Part shown: positions 30,128-39,837 of the stretch, piece after piece
How positions within the stretch are numbered: position 1 is the first letter of the stretch
Layout: each line of letters starts with the position of its first letter
Source of the DNA: Rhodospirillales bacterium
GTDB taxonomy: Bacteria; Pseudomonadota; Alphaproteobacteria; CACIAM-22H2
NCBI GenBank assembly: GCA_016794005.1
Contig: JAEUKY010000383.1
Span: forward strand, 370-64,369
Direction: 5' to 3'
DNA length: 64,000 bases
The notes under the pieces: model-generated
Seen by the model: the letters and a program-made list of their open reading frames with translations, nothing else
Databases searched by the model: none
Told to the model about the DNA's origin: nothing
Program-made: the position numbers and the translations under genes

Positions 30128-31537
30128 TCAAGCAAGCCGCGATACGCGGCCGATCGCATCGAGCTTCGCGTCGGCGAGATATCCATACCTGTTGACCCAG
30201 ATCTGCCCGCCGGAAGCGTTCCACGCGATCCGGCAGCGTTCCTCGAAATCGGCAACCGGCCCATAGCCGTGCGCCAACGCGTAGACCGGAACGCGGCCGG
30301 CCGCGTGGCGGGCAGCCTCGATCTTCGCGGTTTGCGCCATGGCGCCGACGGGATGCATTTCCTCCGGTTCCGGATAGCGCCAGTCGGCAAGCCGTGCCGG
30401 CCCCGGCCCGTCGCCAATGCCGAACAGGCGCGCGATGCCACGGCCAAGATTGGGGTCGCTCGCCAGATTCGGGTTCGCCGCCGCGATGGTGTCAGCCCAG
30501 GCTCGAACCATCATCGGCCAGTGCATGGTGTAGAGCTTGACCGACACGCCGTCGCAAACCCCGTCGAGCGCGTCGAAATCCAGTCCGCTGAGATGCGTCC
30601 ACGGCGGCGGAAAGGCGTTTGGAACCAGCTTCATGTGGCCCGCACCGGCGTCGTCGAGCGCCTCGCGGAACGTCCGGATGATCTCGTTCGAAAGTACTGC
30701 CTTGAACCTCAGCCATGCGGCAAGTCCCGGCGTGTCGCCGAAAAGCATTTCGACCGGAAGCTTGCCGCTCGCCCACGCAGCGAGATCGCCGGCGGTGAGG
30801 CCGCCCAGAAGGTGCGTGCGAAGTTCTGCCGCCGCAGCCCGCATCGCGCCGAAGTCGAACTCCAGTCGCGCCGCCGCTGCTTCGGCGTGCGTGCCGAAAT
30901 CGAAAAAGGCGCCGTCGAGCGAATAAGGCGGATATTCGGGCCAGTCGACGCGCAGCCCGTCGATCTCCGGATAGGTTCCGACGAGGTCGCGGACAAGTGC
31001 ACGCGCGTAGGCGCGGATATGAGGGCTCGCGAGTGACGCGTTGTTGTCGACGCGGACGGCCGGCGACGAGCCGTCCGGCAAGCGCGGCCGGTCGTCCTCC
31101 TCCGGTCCACCGAACTGGACGCGGTAACCAGGCGGGATGGCCGCCTGTATCTGGAGATAGACCTCAAGGCCACGTGCCTTCGCGGCGCGGATGCTGTCCG
31201 CGATGACGGGTCCCTGCGCGGCCGTCAGCTCGTCGGCAGAAGGCGGCCGATAGCGCAGTCCTTTGTAGAGTGCGGCGTCCGGCACGAAGCTCGGCGAGGT
31301 TCGAACGAAAAGTTCGCGACGGCCCCAGAGCGGACGATCCAGCAGGCGGACCTTTCCGGCACCGGCGTCGGCCGGCGGCTCGCGCGACCCGGTTCCATCT
31401 GGTGCCGGCATCATCACATAAGGGGACGTCGCGATCGCAGTTGCGCCGGCCCGGTCGACGAGATTGTCGAGCGCCGCTTCGACGCCTTCGTTCTGAAAGA
31501 ACTCGGGGAAAATCGTGATACCGACGAAGCGTGTCAT
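30128..31537 (-). CDS. hypothetical protein (family not recognised; possibly TIM-barrel glycosidase-like)
   Basis: ORF 30128..31582 trimmed to MTRFVGITIF, whose ATG overlaps the sulfatase stop (ATGA). Ordinary, non-repetitive amino-acid composition. I could not assign a family. Confidence 0.55.
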   Translation of the reverse strand: MTRFVGITIFPEFFQNEGVEAALDNLVDRAGATAIATSPYVMMPAPDGTGSREPPADAGAGKVRLLDRPLWGRRELFVRTSPSFVPDAALYKGLRYRPPSADELTAAQGPVIADSIRAAKARGLEVYLQIQAAIPPGYRVQFGGPEEDDRPRLPDGSSPAVRVDNNASLASPHIRAYARALVRDLVGTYPEIDGLRVDWPEYPPYSLDGAFFDFGTHAEAAAARLEFDFGAMRAAAAELRTHLLGGLTAGDLAAWASGKLPVEMLFGDTPGLAAWLRFKAVLSNEIIRTFREALDDAGAGHMKLVPNAFPPPWTHLSGLDFDALDGVCDGVSVKLYTMHWPMMVRAWADTIAAANPNLASDPNLGRGIARLFGIGDGPGPARLADWRYPEPEEMHPVGAMAQTAKIEAARHAAGRVPVYALAHGYGPVADFEERCRIAWNASGGQIWVNRYGYLADAKLDAIGRVSRLA

Positions 31538-33021
31538 GCCTGTTCCTTGTCCAGCCTGTTCTGTTCGGGTTTCAGATCCCACCGATGGTGATCAGCCGGC
31601 CGGACGCTGCGCGCCCAGGCGCCGATGACGTCCTTGTCAGCCCGGCGTGCGCGCATACGCGCATCGACGGCGACGGGATCCCAGTCGGCGAGCAGGCGGC
31701 GTTCGAGGTCGTCGCGGATCGTGCGATGGGTGGCGCTTTCAGCGAGATCCCGCATTTCGTTCGGATCGGCGACGAGATCGAAGAGTTGCGGCCTATGGCC
31801 GTGATAGTAAATGAGCTTCCATCCATTTTTCCGGATCATGCGCTGTCGCACGGCATCTCCGCCGGTCCACAGCGGAATCTCATCCGTGCAGTACTCCGAG
31901 AAGGTTTCGTCGACCCACCTGGCGGCGGGATCGCGCGCCACGCCAAGGAAGCTGTGCCCCTGTCCGTTCGGCAGCGGCGTGCAGGCCATCGCGTCGAGCA
32001 TCGTTGCGGTCACGTCTATCAAATTGACCACCTGCCGTCGGCGCTGTCCGGCTGGAATGCTATTCGGCCAACGCAGGATGAGCGGCACCGCTACGGATTC
32101 CTCGTAGAACGTGTGCTTCCACCAGAGCCCGCGTTCGCCCAGCTGGTCGCCGTGGTCGGAGCTGTAGACCACGAGTGTATCGTTGGCGAGACCGAGCCGC
32201 TCGAGCCGATCGAGGATCTGGCCGATCAGAATATCGAGACGCGTCACCAGCCCGTAATAGGCGGTTCGGGCACGCAGCTCCTCGGCCGGATCCGGGTTGG
32301 CGATCCCACGATCCTTGCGCCACCACGCAAGCCACGGATGTTCGTCTTGCGGCACGGGCAGCTTCGCTGGCCGGACTTTGCCCTCGTACGGGAGATAGTC
32401 TTCGCGCCACGCGACATAGGGCGGATGCGGCAGAATGAATCCTACACTCAGGCAGAAGGGGGCTTCGTCGCCGTTGCGCCTGCGGGTGGCGATCGCGTCG
32501 AGCTCGTCGAGGGCCGCCGCCGCCGCGTCGATGTCCTTCAGCTGGTAGGCACTCTGCCCGATGCCCGAGGCCGTCAGGCTCGCGCGGAACGGATCATTGG
32601 CGTTTTCGAGAACGCCCATACCGTGGCGCGCGACGCCGGCCCAGTTCGGGCTGTGGTCGCCGACCGTGCGGTCGGCAAAGCCGTGCATCTGGTCCGGCCC
32701 CATCGCGTGCAGACGCCCGACGAGAACCGGCCTATATCCGGCGGCACCCATCGCGTGCGGCCATGTCGCGCGATCCGAGGCGAGGAAATCGTCGTTCGTC
32801 CAGCAGTCCTGTGCCGAGGGATGGCGTGCGGTCAGCATCGACATGCGGCTGGGAACGCAGATCGGGGACGGGCAATAAGCGTTGTCGAAGATAACGCCAC
32901 CCGCTGCGAGCCCGTCGAGGGCAGGCGTGCGAACGACCGGATCGCCATAGCATCCGGCGACCGACCTTGCATGCTGGTCGGAGAACAGGAAGAGCAGGTT
33001 CGGGCGTTTCACACGAGTCAT
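31534..33021 (-). CDS. sulfatase (Cys-type, formylglycine-dependent)
   Basis: ORF as given. N-terminal PNLLFLFSDQH and the C-x-P-S-R motif (CVPSRMSMLT). Confidence 0.9.
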   Translation of the reverse strand: MTRVKRPNLLFLFSDQHARSVAGCYGDPVVRTPALDGLAAGGVIFDNAYCPSPICVPSRMSMLTARHPSAQDCWTNDDFLASDRATWPHAMGAAGYRPVLVGRLHAMGPDQMHGFADRTVGDHSPNWAGVARHGMGVLENANDPFRASLTASGIGQSAYQLKDIDAAAAALDELDAIATRRRNGDEAPFCLSVGFILPHPPYVAWREDYLPYEGKVRPAKLPVPQDEHPWLAWWRKDRGIANPDPAEELRARTAYYGLVTRLDILIGQILDRLERLGLANDTLVVYSSDHGDQLGERGLWWKHTFYEESVAVPLILRWPNSIPAGQRRRQVVNLIDVTATMLDAMACTPLPNGQGHSFLGVARDPAARWVDETFSEYCTDEIPLWTGGDAVRQRMIRKNGWKLIYYHGHRPQLFDLVADPNEMRDLAESATHRTIRDDLERRLLADWDPVAVDARMRARRADKDVIGAWARSVRPADHHRWDLKPEQNRLDKEQA

Positions 33022-34136
33022 CGCTGACCAGCCGGGCCAAGCGGTTTCAGGAACGACATGTCAAGCGAGATGCCGAGGCCCACCTCGACGGGTAACTCGC
33101 TTTTACCCAGCCGCGGCTTCGATAGGGTTCCGGCAGCCATCGCGAAGAATGCCGGGCTTTCGTCGTACTGATGCTCGAGGATCGTGAAGCCCGGCAGTCC
33201 TGCGCAAAGATGCAGGCTCGCCACATGCGAGACCGGCCCCGTCGGATTGTGCGGCGCTACCTGCACACCACTTTCGGCGGCGTAGGCGGCGATCCGCCGG
33301 AATTCCGAAAGGCCTCCGGCGTACTTAACGTCGGGCATTAGCACGTCGTAGAGGTTAGCGTCGATATAAGGGCGGAAGCTCTCTAAGCCAGTTCCCGTCT
33401 CGCATCCAGCCAGCATGGCGCCGGCGGCGTTCGCGTGCGCCTTCAACCGGCTCAACGCGGCATATGATGCCGGTACTTCCGGTATGGGACATTCGAACCA
33501 GTCAAGGCCGAGCGCCGAGAGCGCATCGATCGCCCGCTTCGCACCCGCCTCGTCGAACCGCCAGTGGCAATCGACATAGAGCTTGCGCGACGGACCGATC
33601 TCGTCGCGCACGGCCCTCGTACGCGCGACGCCGACGGTGATCTCTGCGGGGCCACCGGGATTCACCTCGTCGAACGGCGCTATCTTGACTGTATCGTAGC
33701 CGTCGGCGACGGCCTTGCGGGCACTCGCCGCGAAGGATTGCGGGCTCCGGTCGACCGTTCGCCGGTTGATGTTCGCGTAGATCGCCACCTCGGACCGGTC
33801 GGCGTTCCCAAGTATCGCATGGAGCGGGACGCCTGCGCGGCGAGCAGCGATGTCCCAAAGCGCCTGATCGATAGCGCTGACGATTGCGGCGCCGGGCTTG
33901 TCGTCGTGTGACACACCGGAATTGGCAAGCGGCCGATCGACGGGAAGGGCGGGGCGACCGACCAGCGCGTTGCCGATCCGCGCGGCGGCCAGCGAAAGGC
34001 CGGCTTCTTGTCCGGAAAGCGTGGCCTCGCCCCAACCTTCGATTCCATCGGCGTCGACGACGCGCAGGAAAACCCAGATGGTCTTCGGACTGATGGTTGC
34101 GGCGAACGCGTCAACGCTCCGGATCGCCGCGCTCAT
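33018..34136 (-). CDS. enolase-superfamily enzyme (mandelate racemase/muconate lactonizing family; sugar-acid dehydratase or cycloisomerase)
   Basis: Trimmed from ORF 33018..34742 to MSAAIRSVDAF. GWGEATL, AIDQALWDIAA, VDCHWRF and FECP motifs. ATGA overlap with the sulfatase start. Confidence 0.8.
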   Translation of the reverse strand: MSAAIRSVDAFAATISPKTIWVFLRVVDADGIEGWGEATLSGQEAGLSLAAARIGNALVGRPALPVDRPLANSGVSHDDKPGAAIVSAIDQALWDIAARRAGVPLHAILGNADRSEVAIYANINRRTVDRSPQSFAASARKAVADGYDTVKIAPFDEVNPGGPAEITVGVARTRAVRDEIGPSRKLYVDCHWRFDEAGAKRAIDALSALGLDWFECPIPEVPASYAALSRLKAHANAAGAMLAGCETGTGLESFRPYIDANLYDVLMPDVKYAGGLSEFRRIAAYAAESGVQVAPHNPTGPVSHVASLHLCAGLPGFTILEHQYDESPAFFAMAAGTLSKPRLGKSELPVEVGLGISLDMSFLKPLGPAGQR

Positions 34137-34268
34137 TCGTGGTTCCTCGCCATCGACCGGCCGATGTTCCGTCAGATCGCATCGGCTCTCGTCCGAAAAC
34201 AATGGCACACGACGCCCTGTGCGAGTCAATAATTGTGCCGATGCGGCAGTGGACCGCTGGAGAGCGAC

Positions 34269-35441
34269 ATGGTGGCTCGTGGATCGGTGACGTTCAGGGG
34301 GTTCGTTCGGGCGGATGGTTCCGTCGGTACGCGCAACCACGTTCTTGTCGTCTCGATACTCGGGCTGACGAACCGGATCGCCGAGCGAATCACGCAATGC
34401 GTCCCGGGCGCGCTGTTGGTTACGACTCCTTATGGTCGCGGCCACTATGGTGTCGACAAGGTTATCCATCGCGACCAACTGGTCGGTCTCTGTCTCAATC
34501 CGAATGTCGGGGGCGTCTTGGTGATCGGCGCCGACCGCAAGATGGTCGATGACATCGCCACAGCCGCTGCCCGCGGAGGGCGACCCGTCCGGAGCGTGGC
34601 GCTGGACGATGTGCATGAAGACGCGCTCGAGGCGACAGCGCGCGGCGTCCGGGCCGCCGGCGAACTCGTCCACGCCTCGTCGCGCGTGCGTCGAACCGAG
34701 CAGCCGGCATCCGCCCTGTTTCTCGGTGTCGAATGTGGCCATTCCGACGCGACATCGGGCATCGTCGCGAATCCTGTTGCGGGTAACTGCGTCGATCGTA
34801 TCGTCGATGCCGGCGGGACGGCGGTCGTCGGGGAAACCGTCGAATGGCTAGGTGCAGAGCACATCGTCTCCCGGCGTGCCGTGAACGCTGCAGTCGCCGA
34901 CGCGATCGTCGCAGCTGTGCTGCGACGAGAAGCCGAAGTGTCGGCTGGCGGCCACGACCTGACCGGCAACAATCCGGGCGCGGAGAACATCCGCGGCGGT
35001 CTGTCGTCGATCGAGGAGAAGTCGCTCGGTGCGATCGCCAAGACCGGAACGAAGCCGATTCAGGGCGTCCTCCGGGTCGCCGAGCAGCCGAAGCGGAACG
35101 GACTTTTCCTGATGGACGGGCCAAGCTTTTCGCCGGAATCCCTGTCCGGATTTGCGGCATCGGGAGCGCAGATCATGCTTTTCACGACGGGGGCGGGGAA
35201 CAGCTTCTGCAATTCTATCGCGCCGACTGTGAAGCTGTCGGGGCGGCCGGACACCGTGGCGCGGCTCAAGGACCAGATCGATTTCGACGCCAGCCCGGTC
35301 TTCGAGGGACGCGAGGATATCGAGGCCGCTGGCGGCCGGCTTTTCGATCTCGTGCTGGAGATCGCGTCCGGTGCCGCGACCTGGGGCGAGGTCCATGGCG
35401 AAGGCGCCGAGGCGCTCTACCGTGCGAACGGCTCGATGTAG
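34269..35441 (+). CDS. UxaA-family hydro-lyase, catalytic (large) piece
   Basis: ORF 34233..35441 trimmed to MVARGSVTFRGF. Resembles the altronate/galactarate dehydratase C-terminal domain (TRNHVLVV..., GVECGHSDATSG, FTTGAGN). Confidence 0.75.
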   Translation: MVARGSVTFRGFVRADGSVGTRNHVLVVSILGLTNRIAERITQCVPGALLVTTPYGRGHYGVDKVIHRDQLVGLCLNPNVGGVLVIGADRKMVDDIATAAARGGRPVRSVALDDVHEDALEATARGVRAAGELVHASSRVRRTEQPASALFLGVECGHSDATSGIVANPVAGNCVDRIVDAGGTAVVGETVEWLGAEHIVSRRAVNAAVADAIVAAVLRREAEVSAGGHDLTGNNPGAENIRGGLSSIEEKSLGAIAKTGTKPIQGVLRVAEQPKRNGLFLMDGPSFSPESLSGFAASGAQIMLFTTGAGNSFCNSIAPTVKLSGRPDTVARLKDQIDFDASPVFEGREDIEAAGGRLFDLVLEIASGAATWGEVHGEGAEALYRANGSM

Positions 35442-35450
35442 GGGGAAGGA

Positions 35451-35750
35451 ATGGCCGGTTGGAACGCATTGGCCGTCGATCCGCGCGACAATGTCGCTGT
35501 ACTGCTGCGCGACGTCGCTGCTGGCGACGAAGTTCGGATTCGCATCGGTGCGGCGGACGAGCGGCTGGTTGCGGCGGAGGCCGTTCCGCTCGGCCACAAG
35601 ATCGCTCGTCGGCAGATCGAGAACGGGGCGCAAATCGTGAAGTACGGCGAAGTCATCGCCAGCGCCACGACCGGAATTTCGGCCGGACAGCACGTGCATG
35701 TGCACAATGTCGCCAGCAACCGCGCAAAGGTCCGTCAGACCAACCCGTGA
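35451..35750 (+). CDS. UxaA-family SAF-domain (small) piece
   Basis: ORF as given. DNVAVLLRDVAAGDEV...PLGHKIARRQIENGAQIVKYGEVIA matches the N-terminal SAF domain of fused UxaA/GarD. Confidence 0.7.
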   Translation: MAGWNALAVDPRDNVAVLLRDVAAGDEVRIRIGAADERLVAAEAVPLGHKIARRQIENGAQIVKYGEVIASATTGISAGQHVHVHNVASNRAKVRQTNP

Positions 35751-36712
35751 TGGTCCACGAGCTTGCCGGATGGCCGGCCTGCTTTAAGTACCGTCGCCCC
35801 CCGGATCCCCGGGAAGCGTTCCGCGCAGACCTTGCGAAGTTCGCCGAGCAGGCGTCGACAGGCCGGCGACAGCACGCCGCTGCGGCGTAGCGTGAGGCCG
35901 ACCGGGCGGTCCCAATCAAGCCAGCCGATACCTGCCGGCACGACGCCGGCGCACTCGCGACCCGGCGCCATGGTGACCGATGGAAGAAATCCGAGGCAGT
36001 CGGTCTCGAGGATCATCGCGCGCATGAAGGCCAGCGCATTCGTTTCAACGGCGAGGCGAGGGGCGGAAAGCCCGTGCGAATTCAGCGCGATCTCGAGGTG
36101 TTGGCGCGTCACGATCGTCGTCGCCGGCAGCACCCAGCGATAGCGCTCGATTTCCTTTTTCGAAGGATTGCGGCGGTCGAGAAGCGGGTGGCCAGGGCGG
36201 CAGGCGACCACGACGCGGTCGACAAACAGGGTTTCCTGCACGAGATCGGATTCGTCGGGCTGGTCGACCAGATTTGAGATCACGACGTCGATCTCGCCCG
36301 CGCGCAGCCATTCGAACAGGCGGTCGTGTAGGCCGCCGATTACGGTGAGTTTCAGGTCGTTGCGGCCTTTGAGCAGGCGCGCGGTGGCGATCGGCAGGAC
36401 GCTCGCGATGACGCTGGGGGCCGAACCGATCACGATGCGGCCTTCCCGGCCCTCACGGATCGCGCCTACCGCGCGCTCCGCCTCGCTGACCTCGACGGCG
36501 ATCGTGCGCGCGTGCTGCGCGAATTCGCGCCCGAACTCCGTCGCCAGTACGCCGCGCGGCGTGCGTTCGAAAAGCTTGACGCCGAGATAGGCCTCGAGCC
36601 GGCGGAGGCTCTTGCTGAGCGCGGGCTGCGAGATGCCGAGCGACTTGGCCGCCCGGACGAGACTGCGGTGCTCGACCAGTGCCACGACGTGCCGGAGTTG
36701 CTGCAACTGCAT
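35735..36712 (-). CDS. LysR-family transcriptional regulator
   Basis: ORF as given. MQLQQLRHVVALVEHRSLVRAAKSLGISQPALSKSLRRLE. Divergent from the second TTT operon. Confidence 0.9.
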   Translation of the reverse strand: MQLQQLRHVVALVEHRSLVRAAKSLGISQPALSKSLRRLEAYLGVKLFERTPRGVLATEFGREFAQHARTIAVEVSEAERAVGAIREGREGRIVIGSAPSVIASVLPIATARLLKGRNDLKLTVIGGLHDRLFEWLRAGEIDVVISNLVDQPDESDLVQETLFVDRVVVACRPGHPLLDRRNPSKKEIERYRWVLPATTIVTRQHLEIALNSHGLSAPRLAVETNALAFMRAMILETDCLGFLPSVTMAPGRECAGVVPAGIGWLDWDRPVGLTLRRSGVLSPACRRLLGELRKVCAERFPGIRGATVLKAGRPSGKLVDHHGLV

Positions 36713-36864
36713 AGGTATACCCGAATGTTATGGATTGGAGACCAGATGGTAGTTGTTCCATCCGGAAGGAAGTGTCAAGTTTTTGGGTAATCCGGACCGT
36801 AGCGGCACAACGCGCGGCCGGCGGAGGAGACGCGAACTTGAGCGATCAAGACGATTCCGGCGGC

Positions 36865-37338
36865 ATGGCGAAAAGAGATGTCGTCTTCGCGGTATCGATG
36901 ATCGCCGCCGCCGGACTCACCATCTGGGGCCTGCGCAATCAACCCAAGGCGCCGTACGATCCGGTCGGTGCCGCGGCTGTGCCGTTCTGGACCGCAATAA
37001 TCGTACTGGCGCTTGCCGTACTGCTGCTCGCCAGAGTGCTGCTGAAGCATTCCACGCGCGGAAACGCCATCTCCATGTTCACCATGTCCGAGGCTGTCGA
37101 CGACGGCTACGCCGTACGCCCGTGGCTTTCAGTGCATGCGATCGTGCTTTCGTTCGCCTACACGGCCGCCATTCCGATCGCCGGATTCATGTACGCGTCG
37201 ATCGGGTTCATGCTGCTCCTCGGCTGGCTGCTCAGCGACAGGACGCCCCGCGCTATAGCTCTTGTCGTGATCGTCGCTCTCGTCGGCGCCGTCGGTCTCG
37301 ATCAGGGTTTCCGCACGCTCCTGATCGATTTGCCGTAG
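36865..37338 (+). CDS. tctB: tripartite tricarboxylate transporter TctB
   Basis: ORF 36730..37338 trimmed to MAKRDVVFAV. About 157 aa, 4 TM. Confidence 0.7.
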   Translation: MAKRDVVFAVSMIAAAGLTIWGLRNQPKAPYDPVGAAAVPFWTAIIVLALAVLLLARVLLKHSTRGNAISMFTMSEAVDDGYAVRPWLSVHAIVLSFAYTAAIPIAGFMYASIGFMLLLGWLLSDRTPRAIALVVIVALVGAVGLDQGFRTLLIDLP

Positions 37339-37348
37339 GGCCACCGGA

Positions 37349-38839
37349 ATGGATCTGACCCAAGGCTTCCTCCATCTTCTGACGCCCGGGCCGTTCGGGC
37401 TGCTGATGCTCGGCACGCTGCTCGGCATCATCGTCGGAGCGCTTCCAGGATTGACCGGCGGCGCGCTGCTGGCGCTTTCGCTGCCGTTCACCTACCGGAT
37501 GCCGAGCGTCGACGGCGTGATCCTGATGACAGCAATGTATGTGGGCGGGATCTCGGGTGGTCTCATTACGGCGACGCTTATGCGTATCCCAGGCGAGCCG
37601 TCGGCCGTCGTAACGACGCTCGACGGATTTCCGATGGCCCGCGCAGGACAACCGGGCCGCGCACTCGGCCTCGGGATTTCCGCGTCGCTGATCGGCGGAG
37701 CCCTGTCGTGGGTAGCGCTCGTCACGCTGTCGCCGACAATGGCGCGGCTAGCACTCGTGTTTGGCCCATTCGAGAATTTCGCACTCGTCCTCATGGCGCT
37801 CGTGCTGATCGCCGCCCTCAGCCAGGGCTCGGTCGTCAAAGGGTTGCTATCCGGCCTGTTCGGAATGCTCGTGTCCTTTCCTGGTATCGATGAAACTTCC
37901 GGGCAGAAGCGCCTGACCTTCGGCGTCACCGAGCTCGACGGCGGATTCAGCAGCCTTGCGGTTATCCTCGGCGTCTTCGCGATCAGCCAGGTCCTCGCCG
38001 ACGCCATGCACGCCAACCAGCGCTTCGAGAGGCTGGATGCGAATGTGAAGGGGATTTTTCTGTCTCCGCGTGAGTATGTGCATCAGGCCTGGAACATCAT
38101 CCGCTCGGCGGTCATCGGCGTGTGGATCGGCATCCTGCCGGGGGTGGGTGCGAGCATCAGCTCGATTGTCGCCTATTCGACGGCAAAGAACATGTCGAAG
38201 ACGCCGGAGAAGTTCGGAACAGGCTTTGCCGACGGAATCGTTGCTGCGGAAACTGCAAACAACGCAAACACGGGCGGCGCGCTGATTCCGATGATCACGC
38301 TGGGAATTCCAGGAAGCCCCGCCGCGTCGATCCTGCTCGCGGCCCTATTGATGCACAACATCCAGCCGGGGCCGACCCTATTCACGAACTCGCCCGAGGT
38401 CGTCAGCGCTCTGATGGCGACGCATCTGTTCTCGCACATCGTAATGTACGTGATGATGGTGGCGGGCTGCATGATGATCGCGCGCCTCATGTACATCCAG
38501 CGCGCCTACATCCTGCCGATCATCATCGTGCTCTGCGTGGTCGGCGCGCTCGCCGAGAACGGCCGCATGTTCGACATCTGGACGATGATCGGATTCGGCG
38601 TGATCGGCTTCGCACTCGAGATGGCCGCCGTTCCACTCGGTCCGTTCGTCATTGGGCTCATTCTTGCGCCGCTGGCCGAAGGCCAGCTGCGCGCCGGTCT
38701 TATGGCGTCGAACGGCTCGCTCCTGCCGCTGATCGAGCGACCGGTGACCCTAAGCTTCCTGCTGGTTTCCCTTCTGATGTTCGTCTGGCCGTTCTGGCGC
38801 GACCGGCGCCGGAGCCGGCGGACAGCGGCAATCGTCTGA
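37349..38839 (+). CDS. tctA: tripartite tricarboxylate transporter TctA
   Basis: ORF as given. Clear paralogue of 27115..28599 (same motifs, ETANNANTGGALIPMITLGIPG). Confidence 0.9.
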   Translation: MDLTQGFLHLLTPGPFGLLMLGTLLGIIVGALPGLTGGALLALSLPFTYRMPSVDGVILMTAMYVGGISGGLITATLMRIPGEPSAVVTTLDGFPMARAGQPGRALGLGISASLIGGALSWVALVTLSPTMARLALVFGPFENFALVLMALVLIAALSQGSVVKGLLSGLFGMLVSFPGIDETSGQKRLTFGVTELDGGFSSLAVILGVFAISQVLADAMHANQRFERLDANVKGIFLSPREYVHQAWNIIRSAVIGVWIGILPGVGASISSIVAYSTAKNMSKTPEKFGTGFADGIVAAETANNANTGGALIPMITLGIPGSPAASILLAALLMHNIQPGPTLFTNSPEVVSALMATHLFSHIVMYVMMVAGCMMIARLMYIQRAYILPIIIVLCVVGALAENGRMFDIWTMIGFGVIGFALEMAAVPLGPFVIGLILAPLAEGQLRAGLMASNGSLLPLIERPVTLSFLLVSLLMFVWPFWRDRRRSRRTAAIV

Positions 38840-38864
38840 AAATCCCATCCACGGAGGACCTCCC

Positions 38865-39809
38865 ATGCGTCGCAGAGAGTTTGTCGCCGGCACCCTCGCC
38901 GCAACGATGGCCGCACCGGCGCTCGCGCAGTCCTATCCGGACAAGCCGATCCGGATCATCGTCCCGAATCCGCCGGGCGGCAGTGCGGATTACATCGCTC
39001 GGTTCTTCCAGGCGCCGTTGCAGCGCGTCCTCGGCCAACCGCTCGCCGTCGCGAACGTGGTTGGTGCAGGCACGGCCGTCGGAAACCGACAGGTGCGGGA
39101 TTCTGCACCTGACGGGCACACGGTCCTCGCCGTCCATCAGGCGCTGCTGACCGCCGCGACGCTGAAGGTCATGGATTTTGGCCCCGAGGCGTTCGCGCAG
39201 GTAGCACAGGTCGCGACCGAGTACGTCGCCGTCATTGTCAACCGCAAGGCGCCCTATCAGGACCTTCCGTCGTTCCTTGCCGCGGCGAAGAGCGGCGAGT
39301 TGAAGGCCGGTGTCCAGATCGGCGCCATCAATCACTTCCTCTTCCTCTCGCTGGGCGATGCGACTGGCGTCAAGTTCCGCTACGTCAACACCGGTGGTGG
39401 CGGACCGACGCGCACGGCGCTGGCAGGCGGCCATGTCGACTGCGCCTTCCTGACGGTGAACGAGGCCAAGCCGCTGGTCGACTCCGGCGACCTGACGATC
39501 GCCGGCATCTTCGCGCCGCAGCGCCTGCCCAGCTGGCCAAACCTGAAGACGGCTCGCGAGCAGGGAACGAACCTGCTTTTGAATCTGAACTACTGGTGGT
39601 GGATGCCCAAGGCGACGCCGCGCGATCGCGTGGATCGCTTTGCCGAGGCGTTGCGCGCATCGATGTCCGATAGCGAAGTCGTCCAGAAGTTCGCGGAGTT
39701 CAACATGAGCCCCGCGTTCCTGAAAGGACCAGAGCTCGAAGCCGAGATTGCCCGGCAGTACGAGGCGATGAAGAAGCTTGCGGAACGCAACAACGTCACT
39801 GCCGGTTGA
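38865..39809 (+). CDS. tctC: tripartite tricarboxylate transporter substrate-binding protein TctC (Bug family)
   Basis: ORF as given. Tat-like signal MRRREFVAGTLAATMAAPALA, then YPDKPIRIIVPNPPGGSAD. Confidence 0.85.
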   Translation: MRRREFVAGTLAATMAAPALAQSYPDKPIRIIVPNPPGGSADYIARFFQAPLQRVLGQPLAVANVVGAGTAVGNRQVRDSAPDGHTVLAVHQALLTAATLKVMDFGPEAFAQVAQVATEYVAVIVNRKAPYQDLPSFLAAAKSGELKAGVQIGAINHFLFLSLGDATGVKFRYVNTGGGGPTRTALAGGHVDCAFLTVNEAKPLVDSGDLTIAGIFAPQRLPSWPNLKTAREQGTNLLLNLNYWWWMPKATPRDRVDRFAEALRASMSDSEVVQKFAEFNMSPAFLKGPELEAEIARQYEAMKKLAERNNVTAG

Positions 39810-39837
39810 TCCGGAAAAACAGAGCAGGGAGAATCAG

